Under the pieces are notes generated by a model that worked only from the letters and a program-made list of their open reading frames with translations, did no database searches and was not told the origin of the DNA. The translations under genes and the position numbers were made by a program. A stretch of DNA of 25,328 bases from Candidatus Thorarchaeota archaeon (GTDB taxonomy: Archaea; Asgardarchaeota; Thorarchaeia; Thorarchaeales; Thorarchaeaceae), in assembly GCA_048884785.1 (NCBI GenBank), contig JBHLQM010000018.1, forward strand, positions 1 to 25,328, given 5' to 3'. Shown one piece after another: positions 16,189 to 24,389 of the stretch. Positions within the stretch are counted from its first letter, which is position 1; every line of letters starts with the position of its first letter.

Positions 16189-17961
16189 TTAAATGAGCGG
16201 AATGCTTGATATCGAAACCCAGGCCCAAATAAATGCGCAGATGATTATAGCTGGCCATGGATTCTGTATCTCCTGGGATGCCCATGCGATAAGTACAGTT
16301 GATAATGCTGAAACGATAAAGAAGAGCATGAGCAACAAACCAAGCAGTACCATTGAACCTGCTATGAATCCAAATATTGTAGTCACAGCAACAACAACAA
16401 CAGACAAGAAGCCTGCAACACCATGTCTCGCACCTATCGCGAACACAATGTTTTTGGAAAACGTATTTCCGTTCCATTCCCGATTGTCTATCAGCAAACC
16501 TCGAATCCAAGCAGTTTCTGCGACATAGTAGGGTATCGCAAAAACCATGATGACTATCGTATTCGTTATACGAATGCCAACAGGGTATCGTACCATCGAG
16601 AAAACAATCCATGGTTCCATTGCATCAGGAAGTCCTCCAATACCCATCCATCCGATTAGCCAGAAGATTACAATCAGTGCAGGAATAAGTCCTCGAAGGA
16701 ATTCTTTCATGTATTCAGCCAAAGATTGTATTCTTATTCCGGCGGCGTCAAACGCATAGTATGTTTGTCTTCTTCCCAAACCGATTCTAAGAATCACAAT
16801 CGTTGATATTGTAAAGAATATGAAGAAAAGGACAAGCCCTGTAGCGAACATAGAGTTTGGCCAATAGATACGAGCATTTTCCAAGTGAAACGTGATTGAA
16901 GATGTGGCTGTGAAAATGAGGACAAATGCAGTACCCAAAAAGGTGCTGAGAATTAACGACTTCTTAATGCTTTGAGGTTCAGTTTTGGTGAGATATGGTG
17001 CAGGCTTGATCTTCTTTGGTAGTTTCTCGTTAATGATAAAAAGTAATGGAATTGTCGAAACCAATAGCGCAAAGACGCCACTTGCCATGGCAAAAACCTT
17101 GTACATGAAAACCTGACTAGACACATCCAAGGTTTGTTCAAGCTGGCCTTCTCCCTGAAGCGCTTGGATCATCCAGCTGCAGCTCTCAGATACAATAGTG
17201 CCATCAATCGCCTCAAAGACATGGTCTGTTGGTGCAAGCGCAAGCCGGTATGCGGTTTCATTTTCAAATGAACCATATGTTGTATCAGGCTGGAAGTCTT
17301 CTATGCCCGATGCCTGTACTAGGGTATCAATACCATCTTCAGCAGAAATCATCTCATCGAATTCGCCTAGTGCAACCATGAAGTTGCCTGGTAGATGGGA
17401 TATGGTTCCGAGACCCATGTCTGCGACTGCGCCAACAGCGACGTATGCATGAGGTGCGTTTGTGAAATTTTGCATCTGGACTGCAACTTGAAATCCAAGT
17501 GAATGTGTCAAAACACCGTAGAGTGAATCATCAACTTCTGGTCGTTGCTGTACAAATTCAACTGCCGCGTAAATGTCAAGTGCCATGTTGTAGAAGTCTG
17601 TTATATTGAATGACAGCATTGAATCTCCATGACCCGGCAAGTCAACAGAAACGACAGTGAAATTCCTTCTTGCAAGTTCAATATTAAATGAATACATGCC
17701 TTCCTTGGATCCAGCTACTCCATGTGTTGTCAGGACCACTGGCATTGGTGATTCATACCTTGAATATCTGGGTTCGTATATCATGAAGTTGATTGGTCTA
17801 CCTGGCTCTCTTTCAATAGTATGGCGTTCCAGTATCAGCTCACCAAGACCTCTATCTGTTGACCATGAAAGGTAAAGCGAAGATGCAATGATAATAGAGA
17901 GTATTAACAATGTGAAGTAAAGGGAGCTTTTGGCCAATGTAGTGTCTCCGAATTGTGTCAC
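16189..17961 (-). CDS. Membrane-bound alpha/beta-hydrolase: N-terminal anchor, hydrolase domain, and about 8 C-terminal TM helices
   Basis: HGVAG oxyanion region, DLPGHGDS, nucleophile elbow THSLG, GEFDE (acid), TDHVFE (His). The C-terminal half is strongly hydrophobic. Confidence 0.8.
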   Translation of the reverse strand: MTQFGDTTLAKSSLYFTLLILSIIIASSLYLSWSTDRGLGELILERHTIEREPGRPINFMIYEPRYSRYESPMPVVLTTHGVAGSKEGMYSFNIELARRNFTVVSVDLPGHGDSMLSFNITDFYNMALDIYAAVEFVQQRPEVDDSLYGVLTHSLGFQVAVQMQNFTNAPHAYVAVGAVADMGLGTISHLPGNFMVALGEFDEMISAEDGIDTLVQASGIEDFQPDTTYGSFENETAYRLALAPTDHVFEAIDGTIVSESCSWMIQALQGEGQLEQTLDVSSQVFMYKVFAMASGVFALLVSTIPLLFIINEKLPKKIKPAPYLTKTEPQSIKKSLILSTFLGTAFVLIFTATSSITFHLENARIYWPNSMFATGLVLFFIFFTISTIVILRIGLGRRQTYYAFDAAGIRIQSLAEYMKEFLRGLIPALIVIFWLIGWMGIGGLPDAMEPWIVFSMVRYPVGIRITNTIVIMVFAIPYYVAETAWIRGLLIDNREWNGNTFSKNIVFAIGARHGVAGFLSVVVVAVTTIFGFIAGSMVLLGLLLMLFFIVSALSTVLIAWASQEIQNPWPAIIICAFIWAWVSISSIPLI

Positions 17962-18031
17962 TCAAATTAATTCTTGAAATAAACAAATCGGTGTTGTCAT
18001 AAATTTGAATGCCAGTAACACACGCCCAAGC

Positions 18032-19126
18032 TCAATCCAATAGAGAACCAACGTCAACAGACATTAGAAATGTGTTATATTCTGTGAATATGCTCATAAT
18101 AAAGTAAGTTGTTTCTCCACTATTCTCAACATAATCAGGATGAACGAATGAACCATACAGCGATGGATATTCCTCTGCATCCACAATGGTGAAAGGTTCG
18201 CTCCAAGGGCCCCATAGATACTCAGATGATCGTACAACTATTGAATATGCCACATTATCTGTGTAGAAGGCCGTCCATTTATCCAAGTATTCATTCCACA
18301 TCAATGATACTTCTCCAACCGGTGCGCTAAAAACCTGAGAGGAATCCTCCGGGTCCGAGCTCCAAATTGGGTCTCCCATGGTTGTCATTCCCGTATAATA
18401 TTGATAGGCAGATTGGTTTAGTATCTGCATCTTTTCTACTCGACTGAGATAACAAGCTCCGAATCTTCCCGCGGGTGTAGAGAGAAGATATAGAAAACTA
18501 GAGTCCATAGAGGTTGGCTGCGCAACTCCAAATAGGACAAAGTTACTGTTTCCGGCCCAGGATATATTCGTCATCTTTGTGAATGACTGCCCGTTATTAG
18601 TAGAAACTGCTATTGATGCATTGTTGCATGTCCAGATGCCTCCTATCTCTGACCAGTGGCGCACTGACATATAATACACATACAGATTCCCAAATAGAGA
18701 AACTGCGGCAGTTGGTATGCAAGTCATCTCAATATTGTCGACCTTCAAACTAGAAATCAGTTCTTTGGCGTATCCAGAAGTCGGATTGAGGACCCACGAA
18801 TCAACAGAAATCCCATCCGATGGATCAGTATCCTCACTTATTGCAATTGTATTTGACCTCCAGTTGCCAGTCATGCTAGGAGAAGAGAAAGTATCTCCAA
18901 AAATGAAGAGGTATTGCCCATCGTGTTTGACAATGATTCCAAGGTCAGTTCCTCCCACATCATAGACTGTTGAATCTGATATTGCTTCAGACCCTGTCAG
19001 TTGTGCAACCAATTGATGTGGCAGATTCTGGTTGTCTTCTGGATTAAAGAAAGGCCATGCCAACCATGCCATAAGAATGACTATCACAATGAAGCAAATA
19101 CCATAACGCCTTCTCTTCGGTGGCAT
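18032..19126 (-). CDS. DUF4185-domain protein (GH183-like beta-propeller) with N-terminal membrane anchor/signal
   Basis: GGTDLGI, FIFGDTF, WRSN, IPT, YYMSV..W, VGEVSL.WN.YL.KW, GPWS, LYG.F.HP. ATG 19126 follows SD GGGGGT; the track start is TTG 19132. Confidence 0.82.
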   Translation of the reverse strand: MPPKRRRYGICFIVIVILMAWLAWPFFNPEDNQNLPHQLVAQLTGSEAISDSTVYDVGGTDLGIIVKHDGQYLFIFGDTFSSPSMTGNWRSNTIAISEDTDPSDGISVDSWVLNPTSGYAKELISSLKVDNIEMTCIPTAAVSLFGNLYVYYMSVRHWSEIGGIWTCNNASIAVSTNNGQSFTKMTNISWAGNSNFVLFGVAQPTSMDSSFLYLLSTPAGRFGACYLSRVEKMQILNQSAYQYYTGMTTMGDPIWSSDPEDSSQVFSAPVGEVSLMWNEYLDKWTAFYTDNVAYSIVVRSSEYLWGPWSEPFTIVDAEEYPSLYGSFVHPDYVENSGETTYFIMSIFTEYNTFLMSVDVGSLLD

Positions 19127-19183
19127 GTTCAACCCCCATCGGTAACTCTGAATCCCACCCTTATTTTCTTTTGTTGATTGGCT

Positions 19184-19432
19184 TTAGTCTTCGTTAGCAT
19201 TCATTCCAGAATACCTTGATTCATCAGATCGAATCAGAAAACTAAGGATGATAATTCCCAATATCGAAAATGGTAGAATAAAGAGCGATGCACGGCACTG
19301 CAGACCTCTCAGGGGCGGCGTGGGATCTACCAGGAAGGTGACACAATCGTAAATCCAACTAGCTAGCAATAGTGCCAAAATGATAAGAAACAGCCTCAGA
19401 GTCCTTTTCGCTCGAGCTGTTTCTTGAATCAA
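19184..19432 (-). CDS. Small two-TM membrane protein (82 aa)
   Basis: Two hydrophobic segments, LFLIILALLLASWIY and LFILPFSILGIIILSFLI. TTG at 19432 follows SD GGGGTGA, which overlaps the upstream stop, and removes the 80-nt overlap implied by the track start at 19519. Confidence 0.6.
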   Translation of the reverse strand: MIQETARAKRTLRLFLIILALLLASWIYDCVTFLVDPTPPLRGLQCRASLFILPFSILGIIILSFLIRSDESRYSGMNANED

Positions 19433-19439
19433 TAGTAAG

Positions 19440-21467
19440 TCACCCCATCGTATAATTTGAGCCATTTGGATATTGAGGCACCTGTCCAACTCCTCGTAAT
19501 GTTTCAGATCGTCTGTCAATTATAACCGCAATGCCAATTGTGACAGCAATCAATGAAATTGCCCCTCCAACTACTGCGATCTCAACCAGAGGTGATAGTG
19601 CAGTTACATCACTCGTGAGCTTGTACATGTGAAAGAAGTAGGTGTTTCTCATAGGATTGAAAACATAGCCATAGAGTTTCGAGATTTGGACATGGAAGTT
19701 TGTTTCTTGATAGCAATAGATGTATGCTGAATGTTGAACCAAGGTTTCTTGGATTTCATAGTATATCTCCTCTCTGCTTAATGAGTCCAGAGTGGATATT
19801 GCCTCTTGGACAAGCTCATCTATTACCTCAGAATTCCATCCATCAGATTCTGACAATCCTATTCTTTCATCCCAAACACTTGAGCTATGGGTGAAATGTC
19901 TAGCAAAGTCATCAGGATCTGCAATACTCGGTGTCCATCCTGTGAAGAATATCGGCAATCGATTATCCATGTAGTACTGATTGTAATTTGACCATTCAAT
20001 TCCCTGAATTGAAATGACTAAAGGTTCTGAAGGCTGCATTGCTCCATATAGTTCATTGGAAAGCATTTCAGAAATACCATCTCTCAAGAGCAGACTCAAA
20101 ACTTCACCAAAAGGAGGTCCCCAGGTTATATAATAGAACACTAGCTCATAGTTCATACTTGCCAACACATTGTCAAGCCATCCTCCCTCCATTGCCTGAT
20201 TCCAGGCAGACGCCGCTTTGGTTAAGTTGAATGAGAATGTAAATAATTCCGCAGCATAACCAAGCATACCTTGTGGAATCAAGCCTCTTTGCTGAACGCC
20301 AAACCCGTGAACAGAATTTGAGATAAGTTGACTGTAATTCAATGCATACGAAAAGCACTCTCTAACACTCCTATTTGCGAATGGATTCAGAATAATCCCC
20401 ACTGTTCCGTTGATGAGGGGATGCATATTGAAAGCCGCAAATCTCACTCTGTAGATCGGCTCTCCGCACCAAAGGCTGATGTCTGGATTGCTTGATTTTA
20501 CAGAGCCATCCAGACTTTCTCCAGTGAGACCGTTGTAAATCCGATCAGATTGACTAGTTGGCCAATAGCATCCGTCTGTTTGACCTTCCTCGAGATGGAT
20601 AATTCGTAGAGCCTCATCTTCCTCAGTAAGGATTATGACATCCTCAATCGCTCCTGAATATGGGAAATATACCTTTGAGGAAGCACTCCGCCAATAGTTC
20701 TCAAATCTATGCAGATGGATCGCATCATCACGTATCCAGAAATCGACAGTATAGGGGCCTGTTCCACAGGTATGTGCTTCAATCCAGCTATTATGAATTC
20801 CAATCTCAATCCCACCATTGGCTTCAATGTAAGATGGGCTGATAATAGCTGAAACCGGGCTAGCTAGAACTTTCATGAATGGCGCATATGGAAATGCAAG
20901 CTGGATTCTGATAGTGTAGTCGTCCAATACAAGAATTGGATTCTTTTCCATCCAGTTCTCATAGGCACCTATATGCTCCGCACTTCCAGATCCAAATACT
21001 TCAACCGCATTTGCAACTACATCCCCTCCAAGAATCGATTCTGCCAGTAACCAGGCTGGTCCGTATTCATTGAATATTGCCAAAACCCTCTCTAGGTTGT
21101 ATTTTACACAGGAAGCGTTGAGCGGAGTGCCATCATGAAATGTGATTCCTTCCCTCAGGGTAATTGTATAGTTCAATTGATTTGAAGAGATATGGGCGGA
21201 TTCTGCGAGGAGAGGTATCGGTGTGTCTGTGTCTTTGGAAACCCAGTCATAGGTAAAGAGAGTTTCATAGACATTGGTACATATCCAATTGGCAAAGTCA
21301 TCATTTGCAATGTGGGGATCTAGAACCTCAGGATTTCCTACTGTTTCCCAAAAAACAGTTTGCCCCCATGGTGGAGGGGGCATATAGGCCATTGCGTAGC
21401 AATATGGCGAAGGAAATATCATCAATATGCACAGAAATACAAGCTGGCTCTTTGCCATGGATTTCAT
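19440..21467 (-). CDS. ABC-type peptide/nickel solute-binding protein (family 5), canonical motif order, C-terminal TM anchor
   Basis: P.VLDPH, VYETL, PLLAES, LREGITFHDGTPLNA, GTGPY, RFENYW, PFAN.SVR..FSYA, GW.P..ADPDDF and REEIY.EIQ occur in normal DppA order. ATG 21467 follows GAGG; the track start is TTG 21473. Confidence 0.9.
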   Translation of the reverse strand: MKSMAKSQLVFLCILMIFPSPYCYAMAYMPPPPWGQTVFWETVGNPEVLDPHIANDDFANWICTNVYETLFTYDWVSKDTDTPIPLLAESAHISSNQLNYTITLREGITFHDGTPLNASCVKYNLERVLAIFNEYGPAWLLAESILGGDVVANAVEVFGSGSAEHIGAYENWMEKNPILVLDDYTIRIQLAFPYAPFMKVLASPVSAIISPSYIEANGGIEIGIHNSWIEAHTCGTGPYTVDFWIRDDAIHLHRFENYWRSASSKVYFPYSGAIEDVIILTEEDEALRIIHLEEGQTDGCYWPTSQSDRIYNGLTGESLDGSVKSSNPDISLWCGEPIYRVRFAAFNMHPLINGTVGIILNPFANRSVRECFSYALNYSQLISNSVHGFGVQQRGLIPQGMLGYAAELFTFSFNLTKAASAWNQAMEGGWLDNVLASMNYELVFYYITWGPPFGEVLSLLLRDGISEMLSNELYGAMQPSEPLVISIQGIEWSNYNQYYMDNRLPIFFTGWTPSIADPDDFARHFTHSSSVWDERIGLSESDGWNSEVIDELVQEAISTLDSLSREEIYYEIQETLVQHSAYIYCYQETNFHVQISKLYGYVFNPMRNTYFFHMYKLTSDVTALSPLVEIAVVGGAISLIAVTIGIAVIIDRRSETLRGVGQVPQYPNGSNYTMG

Positions 21468-21603
21468 GCCCAATCCTCGATTCCATTTCTGATTTCCACG
21501 ATTATGTTACTCCTTGGTGCGAATAGATAAATGCCTTTTCAAGTCTCAGAAATATATGTTCGTATGCACACTTTAAAATAATAGTTTGATAATGAGATTC
21601 TTT

Positions 21604-22389
21604 TCATCTGTGTTTGAACTCTGGCTTGCGTTTTTCAAGGAATGCAGCAACACCCTCAGCAATGTCCTCAGTCTCAAATGTCTGGCAAAAAGAATCAAAC
21701 TCCAATGTCAAGTGTTCATCAAGTGTTAGATGCCATGTTCTCCCAAGGGTCTGATTTGCCAGTTTCACTGCCGCCTCAGGTTTACCAGCAAGTTTTGTGG
21801 CAAGTTCACGTACACCCTCTCTAAGGGATTTTACTGAATCGAATATCTTGTTTGCAAGACCTATCCTTTGAGCTTCTTCAGCAGTGATTAGATCTCCAGT
21901 AAGGACCATCTCCTTGGCAACTCCCAGTCCTACTAATCTTGCGAGCCTAACAATACCACCGTTTCCAGGAATTGTCCCAAGATTGATTTCAGGAAGTCCA
22001 AAACGTGCATTGGCGGATGCATAACGAATGTCACATGCTAATGCGAGCTCACAGCCGCCACCAAGCGCATACCCATTAACTGCGGCGATGGTTGGTTTAT
22101 TCATTGCTTCTATGTATCTAGATACTTCTCGACTTGGATTTGCCACCGATTTTATGGTTTCCGAGTTTCGACCTACGAATTCAGTGACGTCGGCACCAGA
22201 AATGAAAGCTTTGTCCCCACTGCCTGTGAGAATGACCACTCTTACTGAGTAGTCCTCATTAGCACGCTTAAACATTTCAAGAAGCGTGTTTTTCACGAGA
22301 ACATTCAGAGCATTGTACCTGTCAGGTCGATTAACAGTGATAGTTGCAGTCGCATCTCTTACCTCATAAAGCACAACATCCTCTGTCAA
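21604..22389 (-). CDS. Enoyl-CoA hydratase (crotonase family)
   Basis: NRPDRYNALN, AFISGAD, NGYALGGGCELA, FGLPEINLG.IPG.GG (both catalytic Glu present), EGVAAFLEKRKP.F. Confidence 0.93.
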   Translation of the reverse strand: MTEDVVLYEVRDATATITVNRPDRYNALNVLVKNTLLEMFKRANEDYSVRVVILTGSGDKAFISGADVTEFVGRNSETIKSVANPSREVSRYIEAMNKPTIAAVNGYALGGGCELALACDIRYASANARFGLPEINLGTIPGNGGIVRLARLVGLGVAKEMVLTGDLITAEEAQRIGLANKIFDSVKSLREGVRELATKLAGKPEAAVKLANQTLGRTWHLTLDEHLTLEFDSFCQTFETEDIAEGVAAFLEKRKPEFKHR

Positions 22390-22392
22390 TAA

Positions 22393-23535
22393 CTATTTAC
22401 CCCCGATTTTTTGAAGCATTTTGGGAAGACTAAAGCAATTTCCAAAATCTCTTTGAAGCTTCATCAGCTCTTCTCTGATTCTGTCAAGACCTAATCTTTC
22501 AATGGTTTCAAATGGGCCCTCCTTGTAATTCGATCCTAATCTCATTGCTTTGTCAATATCCTCTTTTGATGCAATACCAGTTTCATATTCAATCATGGCT
22601 TCTCTTAGGTACGGAATGATGATTCTGTTAACAATCCAATCAGGATCCGCACCCTTCGGTTCGTCTAGTGAACGTTTCTGTCCCTCCTCATAGGCATAGA
22701 ATCCTTTCCCTGCTTTCCTTCCGATTCTTCCCTCCTTTACAAAATTCTTTAGTGTTTCAGGGACTTTGTAGCATTCTCCCAATTCTCTCTCAAGAGTGCT
22801 CATAGTTCCTAATGATACATCCAAGCCAACAAAGTCAGATAATTCCAATGATCCCATTGGTGTGCCTAACTTCTCCCTCATCGCTGTATCAATCTCTTCA
22901 GCACTTGCCAAACCCTGTTCATAGATATAATATACTGCTCGGGAGATCTGCATGCGGAGTCTGTTTACAATAAATCCGGGACTATCTATCGCCTTTACAC
23001 AGATTTTCCCCTGCTTCTCTCCAACCTCCATGGCAGCCTTTATTGTATCCTCAGTTGTCTTCTCACCAACAACAACCTCGAGCAGCTTCATTGCGGGAAC
23101 CGGAGAGAAATAATGCATCCCGATCACTTTCTGTGGTCTTCTAGTTACCTTACCAAGCTCAGTTATACTAAGAGAAGATGTATTGGATGCTAGAACTGTA
23201 TGAGATGGTGCTGCTTCATCCATTTCTTTAAACAAGCCCTTCTTGACGTCCATGTCTTCGAAAACTGCCTCAATTATCAAGTCTACATTGCCAACGGCCT
23301 CTTTCATGCTAGTAGTTGTGGAGATTCTCTTCAGGAGGTTCTCGCCTTCTTGTGGTGAAATCTTGCCCCTGTCTAGCCCTGATTTGACATATGCTTCGAC
23401 TCGAGACATCCCCCGTGCTATGGAATCCTCATCTAGGTCTACTAGTACAACCTCAAATCCCGAAGCGGCAGACACATATGATATACCTGCACCCATAAGT
23501 CCTGCACCAATCACACCAATGTGCTTGACATTCAT
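22393..23535 (-). CDS. 3-hydroxyacyl-CoA dehydrogenase with duplicated C-terminal domain
   Basis: IGAGLMGAGI, IEAVFE, ASNTSS, GMHYFSP, PGFIVNR, GRKAGKGFY.Y, then a second C-terminal unit IVNR...GIASKEDIDKAMRLG...GPF. Confidence 0.93.
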   Translation of the reverse strand: MNVKHIGVIGAGLMGAGISYVSAASGFEVVLVDLDEDSIARGMSRVEAYVKSGLDRGKISPQEGENLLKRISTTTSMKEAVGNVDLIIEAVFEDMDVKKGLFKEMDEAAPSHTVLASNTSSLSITELGKVTRRPQKVIGMHYFSPVPAMKLLEVVVGEKTTEDTIKAAMEVGEKQGKICVKAIDSPGFIVNRLRMQISRAVYYIYEQGLASAEEIDTAMREKLGTPMGSLELSDFVGLDVSLGTMSTLERELGECYKVPETLKNFVKEGRIGRKAGKGFYAYEEGQKRSLDEPKGADPDWIVNRIIIPYLREAMIEYETGIASKEDIDKAMRLGSNYKEGPFETIERLGLDRIREELMKLQRDFGNCFSLPKMLQKIGGK

Positions 23536-23541
23536 TCCTAC

Positions 23542-24306
23542 TCACACCTCATTTCTAAACGCTAGTCTCTTGTATGGTTTTCCCCAGCGTTCCTCATACA
23601 TTAATCCCTCAAGTGGTGGCCTACTGGGTCCAAGATGTCTAGTAGTAATGGGTACGCCTAGACAGAATGCGGCAAGAGGAAGCCAAATTGGAGGAATACC
23701 CAATCTATCACGAATGAGCTGGCAGTGCCGAGGATCTGAGAATGGAAGAGCCTGATATCCACATCCATATCCCATTGCACTTGCAACTAGCCACATGTTT
23801 AGTACTGCCATTCCAGCAGTGACTGAACCAAAGAGCTCGTTGGGGTATAATTTTGTAGCGTCATTCCATGCATCACTAGCACACACTATTATTACGGCAT
23901 CACTCTCCTCAGGATATCTGAAGAGATCACCCTCCCGAAGTCGTGAATAGACTGCTGCTCTGAATTGCTCTTCTATGTACCAATTTCTCCCACTTGTGAG
24001 TTCGAAAGGCGATGAGCCAAAAACTCTTTGTGCATTCTCCTGAGCAATATCTGCTAAGAACTTCTTCATATCAGCATCGTCACGTATAACAATGAGCCGA
24101 ATCATCAACATATTTTCTGGACTCGGAGCATGCCTAGCAGCCTCCAGGATTAGCTCGATATGATGATCAGGGATTTTTGCCCCTGTGAATTGGCGGATTG
24201 AGCGCCTCGACCTAATATATTGAAGCGCCTTCATCCCTTCGATAACTTTCGTGTCGTCCTTGGATTCACGAACGGATTCGTCTATAGTCTCAGGGTGAGC
24301 TGTCAT
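23542..24306 (-). CDS. Nitroreductase-family flavoprotein
   Basis: IRSRRSIRQF, ILEAARHAPS..N, NMWLVA.AMGYG, LGIP, LG.P...GPSR. The start is ATG 24306 or GTG 24318. Confidence 0.88.
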   Translation of the reverse strand: MTAHPETIDESVRESKDDTKVIEGMKALQYIRSRRSIRQFTGAKIPDHHIELILEAARHAPSPENMLMIRLIVIRDDADMKKFLADIAQENAQRVFGSSPFELTSGRNWYIEEQFRAAVYSRLREGDLFRYPEESDAVIIVCASDAWNDATKLYPNELFGSVTAGMAVLNMWLVASAMGYGCGYQALPFSDPRHCQLIRDRLGIPPIWLPLAAFCLGVPITTRHLGPSRPPLEGLMYEERWGKPYKRLAFRNEV

Positions 24307-24389
24307 TCTAGTGCACACATCCTCAACACAATAGACCGAGAAATATCAGGGGTGCGCAATATAACCTTCGGTTATTTGAGAGAGTAAGT

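Noticed and set aside
16160-16612. Cys-rich 150-aa ORF (CCCCCC) and the ACA repeat near 16389-16402
   Set aside because: Alternative frame of a Val run (VVVVAV) in a TM helix of the hydrolase.
19433-19519. 80-nt overlap of the 111-aa ORF with the SBP gene
   Set aside because: Better explained by a TTG start at 19432 with its own SD.
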